Positions 49,365-58,729 of a stretch of 64,000 nucleotides of DNA are shown here, one piece after another. The number at the start of each line of letters is the position of its first letter. Within the stretch, counting starts at the first letter, position 1. Below the pieces are notes generated by a model. That model worked only from the letters and a program-made list of their open reading frames with translations, was not told where the DNA came from and searched no databases. Origin of the DNA: Polyangiaceae bacterium (GTDB lineage: Bacteria > Myxococcota_A > Polyangia > Polyangiales > Houyiibacteriaceae); the NCBI GenBank assembly GCA_027009115.1, contig JALVDI010000486.1, positions 3,057 through 67,056 of the forward strand. Reading direction: 5' to 3'. Made by a program: the position numbers and the translations under genes.

Positions 49365-51101
49365 ATGTCCCGCCCGCTTCGGAGCTATCTGCGCCCGTAT
49401 CGCCGCCGCCTCGGCTGGGGGATCGTGTGGTTGCTGCTGACGAACGGGGCGGACAAGACCATCCCTTGGTTGCTTCAGGGGGCCGTGGACGGTCTTCGGG
49501 AAGGACGGCTGGAGCGGGTCCGTGGCTACGCTCTTGGGGTGGTCGCCCTCGCCGCGGGGTTGTGGATCGTGCGCACCCAGTCGCGGGTGCTGATGTTCAA
49601 CGTCGGCCGCGACGTCGAGTACGACCTGCGCAATGAGCTCATCCGGAACGTGCACCGTCTCGGGCCGCGCTTTTTTCAGCGGGTGCCGACCGGTGACGTG
49701 ATGAGCCGCGCGACCAATGACCTCGCGCAAGTTCGGCTCCTGGTCGGCTTCGGGGGCCTCAACGTCGTCAACTCGCTCTTCGCCTTCGCCGGTGCCATCG
49801 GTTTGATGCTGGTCCTCAGCCCGGAGCTGACCGCCTGGGCTCTCGCGCCCTATCCGTTCCTCGTCCTGCTCACGAAGGTATTCGGGGGAGCGCTCTACCG
49901 ACGAAGCCGCGAGGCGCAGGCGGCGTTGGGGAAGCTGTCGGACGTAGCTCAGGAGAACCTGGCCGGGGTCCGACTCGTGCGCGGCTATGCGTTGGAGGAC
50001 CATGAAGTCGCGCGCTTCGAGAAGGCCAACGAGCGCGCGGTGCGGGCGAACATGCGGCTGGTCGTGCTGCGCGGGTTGATGTGGCCGCTGCTGACGCTCG
50101 TCGGCTCCAGTGCGGCGCTGATCGTGTTGTGGCGTGGGGGGGCGATGATCGTCGCCGGCGAGCTGACCGTCGGTGAGTTCGCGGCCTTCAACGCTTACCT
50201 CGCGCAGCTCGTGTGGCCGACTTTGGCGTTCGGCTATTTGCTCGGGGTGCTGCAGCGCGGTCGAGCGTCCTACGCGCGCGTCCGTGAGCTCCTCGACGCG
50301 CCGCCGGAGGTCTCCAGCGTCTCGGAGCCCCGGCCCTTGCCCGCCGTGGGGGCGGTACAGGTGCGGGGCCTGCGGATCCTCTACGGCGACCGACCGGCCC
50401 TCGACGGGGTGAGCTTCGAGGTGGCAGCGCGCGGATCCGTCGCGATCATGGGGTCGGTCGGGGCCGGCAAGAGCACGCTGGCGGCGGCGCTGCCGCGGCT
50501 GGTGGACACCCCCGCCGGGAGCGTCTTTCTCGACGGAGTGGACGTGACCGAGGCCGATCCGCGGGAGCTCCGCCGGACGGTGGGCTACGCTCAGCAGGAT
50601 CCTTTCCTCTTCTCGACGACGATCGAGCGCAACATCGCTTTCGGTCTCGACGACCCGGACGCCACGGATGCGCACGAGCGCGTGCGGCGCGCCGCAGCGG
50701 AGGCAGCCGTTCTGGAGGAGATCGAGAGCCTGCCCCAAGGTTTCGAGACCCTCGTGGGTGAACGTGGGGTTCAGCTCAGCGGTGGGCAGAAGCAGCGGGT
50801 CGCCCTCGCACGGGCGCTGCTTCGGGAGCCGGCGGTGCTCGTCCTCGACGATCCCCTCAGCGCGGTGGATGCCCGCACCGAGCGAGCGATCCTCGAGGCC
50901 CTCGACCGGGCGGGAGAGGGGAGGACGCTGGTCTTGGTCACCCACCGGGTCGCGGCCGCATCGCGCGCCGACCGTGTCGTGGTCCTCGACGAGGGGCGGG
51001 TGGTCGAGCGCGGCACCCACGACGAGCTCGTCGCGCGGGGCGGGCTCTACGCGCGTCTCGCGGCTCGCCAGCGACTCGAGCAGGAGCTGGGGGCGCTGTG
51101 A
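49365..51101 (+). CDS. ABC exporter, fused permease/ATPase (MdlA-like half transporter)
   Basis: It has a six-TM N-terminal half, Walker A GSVGAGKSTLAAAL, signature LSGGQKQRVALARALL and Walker B VLVLDDPLSAVD. Confidence 0.9.
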   Translation: MSRPLRSYLRPYRRRLGWGIVWLLLTNGADKTIPWLLQGAVDGLREGRLERVRGYALGVVALAAGLWIVRTQSRVLMFNVGRDVEYDLRNELIRNVHRLGPRFFQRVPTGDVMSRATNDLAQVRLLVGFGGLNVVNSLFAFAGAIGLMLVLSPELTAWALAPYPFLVLLTKVFGGALYRRSREAQAALGKLSDVAQENLAGVRLVRGYALEDHEVARFEKANERAVRANMRLVVLRGLMWPLLTLVGSSAALIVLWRGGAMIVAGELTVGEFAAFNAYLAQLVWPTLAFGYLLGVLQRGRASYARVRELLDAPPEVSSVSEPRPLPAVGAVQVRGLRILYGDRPALDGVSFEVAARGSVAIMGSVGAGKSTLAAALPRLVDTPAGSVFLDGVDVTEADPRELRRTVGYAQQDPFLFSTTIERNIAFGLDDPDATDAHERVRRAAAEAAVLEEIESLPQGFETLVGERGVQLSGGQKQRVALARALLREPAVLVLDDPLSAVDARTERAILEALDRAGEGRTLVLVTHRVAAASRADRVVVLDEGRVVERGTHDELVARGGLYARLAARQRLEQELGAL

Positions 51102-52915
51102 GGGATGCGAGCCCGCCGGGGCGGCTGCTCGTTCCCGCTGCCGCCGAGCCGGAGGTCGAGGACCGCCGCGATCTTCGCCTCTTGCGCCGGTTGCTTCCCT
51201 ATATGCGGCCGCAGTGGCGGCTCTTCGTTGCGGCCCTCGTGCTCATGCCCGTGGCGTCCGTGGCCGGGCTCTTCCAGCCGTGGCTGATCAAGCGCGCGAT
51301 CGACGTGGCGATCGTCGCCGACCAGGCGGGCGCGCTTCGAGGCATCGTCGCGCTCTTTGCCCTGGCCATCGCCCTCGAGTTCTTGGCGCGCTTTGCGCAG
51401 ACCTATCTCATCCAGCTCGCGGGGCAGCGCAGCACGGCCCGGCTTCGCTCGGCGACCTTCGCCAAGCTCCAAGAGCTGCCCGTGGCCTACTTCGACCGAA
51501 CCCCCGTCGGGCGCGTCGTGACCCGGGTCACCAACGACATCGACAGCTTGACGGAGTTCTTCGCGTCCGGCGCAGTGACGGCCATCACCGACGTGATCAC
51601 CCTGGTGGGGATCGTCGTCTTCATGCTGGCGATCGACTGGCAGCTGAGCCTCGTCGCCTTCTGCGCGCTGCCCCCGTTGGCCCTGGCGGTTCGTTACTTT
51701 CGTCGTTACGCACGGGAGGCCTACCGCAGTATCCGGGTGCACCTCGCGCGGCTGAACGCTTACCTCGCCGAGCAGGTGCAGGGGGTGCAGGTCGTGCAGG
51801 CCTATGGGCGGGAGGAGGACTGCGCGACCGAGTACGAGCGCATCAATGCGGCCTACCGGGACTCCAACTACCGCTCGATCCGCTACGACGCCTTGCTCTA
51901 TTCGGTCGTCGAGAGCGTCTCGGCGGCCTCGGTCGCGCTCGTGCTGTACTTCGCTGCCGTACGGGCGGGCTGGTCGCCTTCGGGCGCGGTCGTTTACGTC
52001 GGCACCGTCGTAGCTTTCTACGATTACATCCAGCGCTTCTTCGTGCCGATCCGGGATCTCGCCACGAAGTTCACGATCCTTCAGTCGTCGCTGGCGGCCG
52101 CCGAGCGGGTCTTCGGAGTGCTCGACCTCGAGGAGCGCGACGCGCCGAAGCTTCCGGCCGCCAGCGCCCGGCTCGGCGCCGAGGGCGAGGCCGTGCGTTT
52201 CGAAGGCGTGTGGTTTGCGTATCGCGAAGGACACCCGGTGCTCCGCGGAATCGACCTTGCGATCCGTCGCGGTGAGCGAGTCGCGATCGTGGGTGCGACG
52301 GGCTCCGGCAAGTCCACTCTGATGTCGCTGCTCCTGCGGCTGTACGAGCCACAGCGGGGCGCGGTTCGGGTCGAGGGAGACGACGTCCGGGGTCTCGATC
52401 GGCATGCGCTGCGGCGCCGCTTCGCGATCGTCCCCCAAGATGTCTTTCTCTTCGCCGGTACGCTGCGGGACAACCTCGCGCTCGGCGATCCTTCCCCCGA
52501 CGACGGGCGCATCCTTGCCGTCTTGGACCGCGTTGGCGCGCGAGCTCTCGTCGAGAAGCGGGGAGGGCTGGACGGGCGCGTCGAAGGACGTGGGGCCAAT
52601 TTCAGCGCCGGAGAGCGGCAGCTGATCGCCTTCGCGCGGGCCCTCTACCGCGACGCTCCGCTGCTCTTGCTGGACGAGGCGACGGCCAACGTCGACAGCG
52701 AGACGGAAGCGGCGCTGCAGCGGGCGGCTTACGAAGTGATGCGCGGGCGGACCGCGCTGATCATCGCCCACCGCTTGTCGACCGTCGAGGGCGCCGACCG
52801 GATCGTCGTGCTCCACCGCGGGCGAATCGCCGAAGAGGGGACGCACCGGGAGTTGCTGGCTCAGGGGGGGCTCTATGCCCGCCTTCACCGGCTGCAGACG
52901 GCGCCGGCGGCGTGA
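51098..52915 (+). CDS. ABC exporter, fused permease/ATPase (MdlB-like half transporter)
   Basis: GTG 51098 overlaps the previous stop (GTGA). It has Walker A GATGSGKSTLMSLL, a signature variant FSAGERQLIAFARALY and Walker B LLLLDEATANVD. Confidence 0.9.
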   Translation: MRDASPPGRLLVPAAAEPEVEDRRDLRLLRRLLPYMRPQWRLFVAALVLMPVASVAGLFQPWLIKRAIDVAIVADQAGALRGIVALFALAIALEFLARFAQTYLIQLAGQRSTARLRSATFAKLQELPVAYFDRTPVGRVVTRVTNDIDSLTEFFASGAVTAITDVITLVGIVVFMLAIDWQLSLVAFCALPPLALAVRYFRRYAREAYRSIRVHLARLNAYLAEQVQGVQVVQAYGREEDCATEYERINAAYRDSNYRSIRYDALLYSVVESVSAASVALVLYFAAVRAGWSPSGAVVYVGTVVAFYDYIQRFFVPIRDLATKFTILQSSLAAAERVFGVLDLEERDAPKLPAASARLGAEGEAVRFEGVWFAYREGHPVLRGIDLAIRRGERVAIVGATGSGKSTLMSLLLRLYEPQRGAVRVEGDDVRGLDRHALRRRFAIVPQDVFLFAGTLRDNLALGDPSPDDGRILAVLDRVGARALVEKRGGLDGRVEGRGANFSAGERQLIAFARALYRDAPLLLLDEATANVDSETEAALQRAAYEVMRGRTALIIAHRLSTVEGADRIVVLHRGRIAEEGTHRELLAQGGLYARLHRLQTAPAA

Positions 52916-53101
52916 GAGGCCGGCGGATGCGGGCCGCGGACCGCCTGCGCCTGGAACCTCGCCGAACTCCCCCAAGGTCCGTCGGTGCTTCTGGGTGCCA
53001 GGGCCCTTCCACCGCGATGGATCGCGCACTAGACTGAAGCCGAGGGCCGTTGCTCTCGCAGAGGACGCCCTTCGAGCGGGCGGCACGCCTCACCCAAGGC
53101 A

Positions 53102-56100
53102 GTGGAACAAGCGCCGGTCGTCTACGGAAAATACCAGCTGCTCGAGCTCCTCGCTCGGGGGGGCATGGCCGAGGTGTTCAAGGCCAAGTCTCACGGCGTC
53201 GAGGGCTTCGAGAAGGTCCTCGTAATCAAGAGGATCCTCGCGGAGTTGGGGGAGAGCCCCGAGTTCGTCGAGATGTTCATCAACGAGGCGAAGATCGCCG
53301 TCACGCTCTCGCACGCGAACATCGTGCAGGTCTTCGATCTCGGCAAGGCCGACGACACTTACTTCATCGCCATGGAGTACGTTGCGGGCGCTGACCTGGC
53401 GACGGTGCTGCGCCGGGCCCGGAGGTACGGCAAGCCTCTTACGCCAGAGCTGGCGGTCTTCGTCGTCAGCGAGGTCGCCAAGGGGCTGGATTACGCGCAC
53501 CGTCGGCGCGACGTCGACATGAGGCCGCTGCACATCGTTCACCGCGACGTCTCGCCGCAGAACATCCTGCTCAGTTACGAGGGGGAGGTGAAGCTCACCG
53601 ACTTTGGCATCGCGAAGGCGCGTACGTCCGTGCCCGATGGGACCGAGCGGGGAGTTCTCAAGGGGAAGTACGCCTACATGGCGCCGGAGCAGGCACGCGG
53701 CGAGGATGTGGACGCCCGCACCGACCTCTTTGCTCTCGGCACGGTGCTCTACGAGGCGCTGGCCGGCCGCAATCCCTTTGCTCAGTCCTCGACCTACGAG
53801 ACCCTGCAGCGGGTCCGCGAGGGGCGCTACGAGCCCCTGAGGAGTGTCGCGCCGGAGGTCTCCGAGGAGCTCGAGGCCATCGTTCACAAGGCGATGAGCC
53901 CCGACGTCGAGGACCGGTACAGGGACGCGGGGAGGTTCTACGAGGACCTCATTCAATACCTTTACGCGAGCGGCGGCCGCGTCGGAGCGCACGATCTCGC
54001 CAGCTACCTGGACGCGCTTCGGAGCGCTTCCGAGGGGCGGCGTAGTCAGGTCGCGACGGACGCCGGACTGCGGGCTGCGTTCGACATGGACACGGCGGTC
54101 GGTCGGCTGGGGACCGGAGACGTGACCCCGGCGGAAGTGCCGTCGGCTCGAAGCGCCTCGGGCAGGCCCACGACCGGCGCGCGGCACCCCGCGCAGACTC
54201 CGGCGGCGCGTCCTCAGGCGGAGCGGCGGGACGTGACGGCCCTCGCGGTCCGGGGAGCGGATGCGAGCGTTTCTATCCGTCGGTTCGGGGGTGAGCTCGT
54301 TGTCGAGGAGGGGGATTCGGCGATCGCCCTCTTTGGGCGGGTGAACCCGGATGGACGAGACAGCGAGCACGCGGCGCGAGCGGGCCTGGCCCTGCTGCGA
54401 GCGACGCCCGCTGCGTCCGTCGCCATCCACGGAGGACGCATCCTCGTCGACGTTCGAGGGGAGCTCCAGCGGGACGCGGCGTACGAGCGGGTCGTGGGCG
54501 AGGTCCGGGCGCTCCTGCAGGGGGCTTCCGGTCGCGTCGTGGCCAGCCGTTCGACCCGCGAGGCGCTCAAGCGCTACTTCGAGTTGCGGCCCTGCGGCGA
54601 CACCTTCGAGGTGGTCGGCGAGCGCAACCTCACCGAGGCGCTTGGCCGTTTCGTCGGTCGCCGCGAGGTCCTCCGCCGCATGGGAGAGATCTTGGCGCTG
54701 GCCAACAAGGGCAAGCAATGCCTGGTGGCGGTGGTGGGCGAGGGGGGCATCGGGAAGAGCCGGCTCATGCTCGAGACGATGCGGCGGCTCCGCACGGGCG
54801 GGCACAGCGTCGGCATGTACGTCTGCAAGGTCCCCAGGCACAGCCGCGACGTCCCGCTCTCGGCGACCCAGGAGATGCTGCGGGTGCTCCTCGGTATCGA
54901 AGACTTCGACGGCGAAGAGGAAGTGCGCGAGAAGGTCCTCCGTTTCCGAGAGCTGGGTTTGCCCAAGGCGGAGCTCGACGCCGTGCGGGCCACCCTGGGC
55001 CTCGGCGCTGGGGAAGGTGCCCCTGCAGGGGGGCGGGGGCTCTTGGTGTCGGCCATCGCGCGCATCGCTCTGAAGCTGGCCGAGGATCGGCTCACCGTCT
55101 TCGCTTTCGACGACTTCGACGGCGTCGACGACGAGAGCCTGGAGATCCTCCAGGGGCTCGTCAAGGCCCCGGGCAACGCTCGCGTCGTGGTCATGGTGGC
55201 GCATCGCCCGGACGAGCGTTTCGCCTGGGACGCTTACCCGGGCTTCTTCGAAGTGGCCCTCGGTCCCCTGGAGGATGACGACATCGCGCGGTTGACGGCC
55301 GCGCGACTCGGTGTCGACGAGGTGCCCATGGAGCTTCTGCGGGAAGTCAGCGTCAAGAGCGCGGGCAACCCGCTCTACGCCGAGGAGTATCTTCAGGCGC
55401 TCCTCGATGCCGGGGCGATCGAGGCATCGGACGGCAAGGTCGAGTATCGAGCGGATGTCGCCGTCGAGGTGCCCAAGACGCTCCGTGGCATCGTGGCGCA
55501 GCGGCTGAGCCGCGTGACTCCGGCGGAGCGCCACCTGCTGCAGATCGCGGCGCTGGTTGGCGGGCGCTTTCACGACGCGCTCTTGACGCGGGTGGTGCAG
55601 GAGACGGAGACGGTCGTGGCGGACGCCGTCGAGGCGCTGGCCAGCCGCGGCATCTTCGTGCGCACGGGGGTTCGCGAGTACGCCTTTGCGCACAGCTTGA
55701 TCCCCGAGGTCGTCAAGGCCGGTCTCCCACTCGACGCCCGCCGCGAGATCCATGCGGCGATCGGGCGAGCGCTCGAGGACCTCTACCCGAATCACGTCGA
55801 CGAGCTCTCCGAGCGCCTCGCGTACCACTACAAAGAGGCTGGCGAGCGGGACCGAGCCCTCGATTTCCTCGTGCGCGCCGCCGACCGCCTCGAGGCGGAG
55901 CACAAGCTCGCGGGTGCGGTCGGGTTCCTCGGGCGCGCCGTGGAGATGCTCGCCAAGGCGCCGAACCCCGACCGCGACCGGATGCTCCAACTCTATCGGC
56001 GCATTGGGGATTCGTGCCTTCGGAGCCGCGAGCTCGAGGCAGGGCTGGAACACATCGACGGGGCCCTGGAGCTCGCCGAGGGCTTGGGTCGTGAGGAACA

Positions 56101-57007
56101 CGTCGCGCGCTTTTCGCTGATGAAGGGGCAGTACCTGGCGCTCTCCATGCGCTTCACCGAGGCCCAGCCCTGGTTTGAGCGGGCGCGTCAGCTCGCCATG
56201 TCGGTCGGGGACCGTGACCTGGTCCGCGACGTGATCACGGCGCTCGCGGACGCCTCCGTGCGCAACGGGGAGTACACGCGCGCGGTCGCCCTGTTCGAGG
56301 AGGCGCTGGCCCTGGCCACGGAGGCCAAGGATCGCCACGCGCAGATTCGGTGCCTCATCCCCTTGGCACACGCCTTCGCCGGGACAATGGACCAGAGTGC
56401 TGCCCTCGAGGCGCTCGCGGAGGCGCGGGGCCGGATGGGGCCGCACTCGGACCGCATCGTCGAGTGCGAGCTCTGGAAGAGCGAGGCACTGGTTCACTAC
56501 TACCTGGGCAACACCGCCCGTGCCTTGGAGGCCGGGTACAAGGGGCTGGAGTTGGCCAAGGAGTACGGGTTCGCTTACGAGGCCGCCGTGAACGCCCACA
56601 ACATCGGCGAGTTGCACTTGCGCGAGGGGGATTTCAAGCGGTCGTTCGCGATGCTCCACTACAGCTACGACGTCGCCAAGGAGCACGGCTTCGTCAAACT
56701 TCAGTACGGCAACCTTCGCGTGCTGGGTTTCATCGACGCGGTCAAGCTCGGCAACCCGGCCGGGCGTGACCGCATCGTCGAGGCGTACACCTACGCCCAG
56801 CGCCACGGCTTCGTGTGGGACGCGGTGCAGGCGCGCTACATGCTGGCCGTCGTCGACGCCACCCTTGGGCGTCTCGAGGATGGGCGGCGAGGTCTGCGTG
56901 AGGTTCGACAGCTCGCCACCCGCTACGGCATGTCGCACTACGAGCGGGCCGCCGAAGAGGCGCTTGAAGCCATCGAGGCGGGGCGCGACGTGCCCATGCC
57001 TCATTGA
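53102..57007 (+). CDS. Multidomain Ser/Thr kinase: Hanks kinase + degenerate cyclase-homology-like domain + P-loop STAND/AAA ATPase + TPR-like helical repeats
   Basis: GTG start at 53102. Kinase motifs are GGMAEVFKA, HRDVSPQNILL, DFGIAK and APEQ. The cyclase-like stretch ERRDVTALAVRGADAS lacks the metal-binding Asp context. The P-loop is VVGEGGIGKSRLMLE and the Walker B-like motif is VFAFDDFD. About 450 aa of helical repeats follow. Confidence 0.85.
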   Translation: MEQAPVVYGKYQLLELLARGGMAEVFKAKSHGVEGFEKVLVIKRILAELGESPEFVEMFINEAKIAVTLSHANIVQVFDLGKADDTYFIAMEYVAGADLATVLRRARRYGKPLTPELAVFVVSEVAKGLDYAHRRRDVDMRPLHIVHRDVSPQNILLSYEGEVKLTDFGIAKARTSVPDGTERGVLKGKYAYMAPEQARGEDVDARTDLFALGTVLYEALAGRNPFAQSSTYETLQRVREGRYEPLRSVAPEVSEELEAIVHKAMSPDVEDRYRDAGRFYEDLIQYLYASGGRVGAHDLASYLDALRSASEGRRSQVATDAGLRAAFDMDTAVGRLGTGDVTPAEVPSARSASGRPTTGARHPAQTPAARPQAERRDVTALAVRGADASVSIRRFGGELVVEEGDSAIALFGRVNPDGRDSEHAARAGLALLRATPAASVAIHGGRILVDVRGELQRDAAYERVVGEVRALLQGASGRVVASRSTREALKRYFELRPCGDTFEVVGERNLTEALGRFVGRREVLRRMGEILALANKGKQCLVAVVGEGGIGKSRLMLETMRRLRTGGHSVGMYVCKVPRHSRDVPLSATQEMLRVLLGIEDFDGEEEVREKVLRFRELGLPKAELDAVRATLGLGAGEGAPAGGRGLLVSAIARIALKLAEDRLTVFAFDDFDGVDDESLEILQGLVKAPGNARVVVMVAHRPDERFAWDAYPGFFEVALGPLEDDDIARLTAARLGVDEVPMELLREVSVKSAGNPLYAEEYLQALLDAGAIEASDGKVEYRADVAVEVPKTLRGIVAQRLSRVTPAERHLLQIAALVGGRFHDALLTRVVQETETVVADAVEALASRGIFVRTGVREYAFAHSLIPEVVKAGLPLDARREIHAAIGRALEDLYPNHVDELSERLAYHYKEAGERDRALDFLVRAADRLEAEHKLAGAVGFLGRAVEMLAKAPNPDRDRMLQLYRRIGDSCLRSRELEAGLEHIDGALELAEGLGREEHVARFSLMKGQYLALSMRFTEAQPWFERARQLAMSVGDRDLVRDVITALADASVRNGEYTRAVALFEEALALATEAKDRHAQIRCLIPLAHAFAGTMDQSAALEALAEARGRMGPHSDRIVECELWKSEALVHYYLGNTARALEAGYKGLELAKEYGFAYEAAVNAHNIGELHLREGDFKRSFAMLHYSYDVAKEHGFVKLQYGNLRVLGFIDAVKLGNPAGRDRIVEAYTYAQRHGFVWDAVQARYMLAVVDATLGRLEDGRRGLREVRQLATRYGMSHYERAAEEALEAIEAGRDVPMPH

Positions 57008-57013
57008 ACGGCG

Positions 57014-58018
57014 ATGACGATGGGACCGGCCTGGCGCATCGGAACGGAGCACCTGGAGCAGGCGCGTGGCGTGGTCCGCCGCTACGCGACGCAGACGCCT
57101 CTCGTTGCAGCGACCGCCATCGACCCGCGGGTGTGGTTGAAGCTCGAGTGCCACCAGCACACGGGGTCCTTCAAGGTCCGCGGAGCGCTCACGCGGCTGT
57201 CGGTGCTCACCGACGAGGAGCGGGGGCAGGGGGTGGTCGCGGCCTCCGCCGGCAACCACGGGCTCGGGGTGGCCTACGCTGCCCGGAAGCTGGGCGTCCG
57301 CGCGAAGGTCTTTGTTCCCCCGGGGACACCGGCGGTCAAAGTCGAGGGGATCGGCGCCCTTGGCGCGGAGGTCGTGGTGGGCGATACTCCCGGCTACGAC
57401 GCCGCCGAGGAGGCCGCGCGCCGGGAGGCGAGGGCCCGCGGTTGCGTCTTTATCTCCCCTTACGACGACCCCTGGGTCGCGGCCGGCAACGGCGGGACGG
57501 TCGGGTTGGAGATCTTCGAGTCCATTGGCTCTCCGGACGCGGTCGTCTGTCCCGTCGGTGGCGGTGGCCTGATCTGCGGGCTGGCCGCGGCCCGCGACGC
57601 AGGGGGGCGCGACGTCGACCTCGTCGGTGTCAACACGGAGGCCTCGCCGGGGATGTTCCGCTCCTTCGAGAAGGGCGAGGCCGTCGAGACCTTGCCGCCG
57701 GCGCCGACCCTCGCCGAGGGCCTCGAGGGCGGCGTCCGGCCCACGACCTTCCTGCTGGCGCGGGAGGCGAGGGTCCGGATGGAGCTCGTGGCCGAGGACG
57801 AGATCGCCGCGGCGATGCGCTGGGCCCGGGACGTGCTCGGCACCCCCGTGGAAGGTAGCGCCGCGGCGGCCATTGCCTGGGTTCGCCGCTGCGTCGCCCG
57901 GCTCCCCGGGGACGCGCCCATTGTGGTCGTGGTCAGTGGCGGCAACGTGGATCCCGCGCGGCTCGGCGGCCTCGGATGCCGCCCTCCACCCTCGGCGCTC
58001 AGGCGGCGCTCGGGGTGA
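57014..58018 (+). CDS. PLP-dependent serine/threonine dehydratase family enzyme
   Basis: The PLP-lysine motif is HTGSFKVRGA, with SAGNHGLGVAYAA and the Gly-rich loop CPVGGGGLICG. It starts 7 nt after the kinase stop. Confidence 0.8.
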   Translation: MTMGPAWRIGTEHLEQARGVVRRYATQTPLVAATAIDPRVWLKLECHQHTGSFKVRGALTRLSVLTDEERGQGVVAASAGNHGLGVAYAARKLGVRAKVFVPPGTPAVKVEGIGALGAEVVVGDTPGYDAAEEAARREARARGCVFISPYDDPWVAAGNGGTVGLEIFESIGSPDAVVCPVGGGGLICGLAAARDAGGRDVDLVGVNTEASPGMFRSFEKGEAVETLPPAPTLAEGLEGGVRPTTFLLAREARVRMELVAEDEIAAAMRWARDVLGTPVEGSAAAAIAWVRRCVARLPGDAPIVVVVSGGNVDPARLGGLGCRPPPSALRRRSG

Positions 58019-58562
58019 GATAACCCTCGGCCAGCGCGTAGCCCCGGAGCGCGCTGCGGAGCAGTCGGCGGCCCCGGTGGAGCCGCGACATCACCGTGCC
58101 GACAGGGCAGCCGATGCGGGCGGCGGCTTCTTTGTACGATTCGCCGCGGATGTCGACGAGCTCGACCACCTCGCGAAAGGGCTGCGGCAGGGCGGCCAGG
58201 GCCTCCACCACTTCGTCGCTGAGCTCCTCGGTCAGTGGACTCTGGGCGTTGGGCGGCCGCGTGCCCGCGCACCAGTGGGGGCCAGCGATCGCCGACTGCG
58301 CCACTTCGCCGAGGACTTCGCGCTCGCGCTTGCGGCGGCGGTAGGTGCTCGCGAAGGTGTTGAAGAGAATACGGTGCATCCACGCCCGCGGGTTGGTCCC
58401 TGCCTCGAAGCGATCCCAGAAGGCCCACGCACGGCTCATGGCCTCTTGCAGCACGTCGTCGGCTTCCGCGCGCGAGCGGGTGAGGCGCACGGCGGCGCCG
58501 TAGAGCTCGCGGACGTGTGGAGCGACGCTGGCTTCGAAGGATGCTCTCTTGCCCTGGTTCAT
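57999..58562 (-). CDS. ECF-type RNA polymerase sigma-70 factor
   Basis: The start is ATG 58562-58560 (MNQGKRASFE); the ORF-track start at 59534 is a spurious extension. Region 2 is DDVLQEAMSRAWAFWDRFEAGTNPRAWMHRILFNTF. Region 4 is SYKEAAARIGCPVGTVMSRLHRGRRLL. Confidence 0.85.
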   Translation of the reverse strand: MNQGKRASFEASVAPHVRELYGAAVRLTRSRAEADDVLQEAMSRAWAFWDRFEAGTNPRAWMHRILFNTFASTYRRRKREREVLGEVAQSAIAGPHWCAGTRPPNAQSPLTEELSDEVVEALAALPQPFREVVELVDIRGESYKEAAARIGCPVGTVMSRLHRGRRLLRSALRGYALAEGYLTPSAA

Positions 58563-58585
58563 CGAAAACCTCCGGCGTCCGATGC

Positions 58586-58602
58586 AGCAAGGGGGGTGCC
58601 AC
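58586..58602 (-). promoter_or_regulatory. Sigma54 (-24/-12) promoter candidate for the ECF sigma gene
   Basis: The minus strand reads GTGGCAC-CCCCC-TTGCTG, matching the consensus TGGCAC-N5-TTGC exactly in both blocks and in spacing. The predicted start site is about 13 nt before the ATG, leaving the leader CCGGAGGTTTTCG with an SD. Confidence 0.55.
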
Positions 58603-58623
58603 GTCGGTTTCGATGCGTCCTGC

Positions 58624-58656
58624 CGCGGTGGATGCGCGGTGGATGCGCGGTGGACG
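58624..58656. repeat. Three tandem 11-bp repeats (CGCGGTGGATG x2 plus CGCGGTGGACG) upstream of the sigma54 promoter candidate
   Basis: Read directly from the sequence: 58624-58634, 58635-58645 and 58646-58656. The period is one helical turn. They lie 23-55 bp upstream of the -24 element. Confidence 0.8.
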
Positions 58657-58729
58657 GGCGCTCGCCGATCGCGGTCCTGCCACGTTGTCTCCAGGCAGCC
58701 ACGCCGGCGTGTCAGCCTGTCAGCGAGCC

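Noticed and set aside
53090-57259. A 1389-aa ORF antisense to the kinase/STAND gene
   Set aside because: Same reasoning. The composition is low-information and Arg/Leu/Pro/Gly-rich, and it mirrors a plus-strand gene with full kinase and P-loop motifs.
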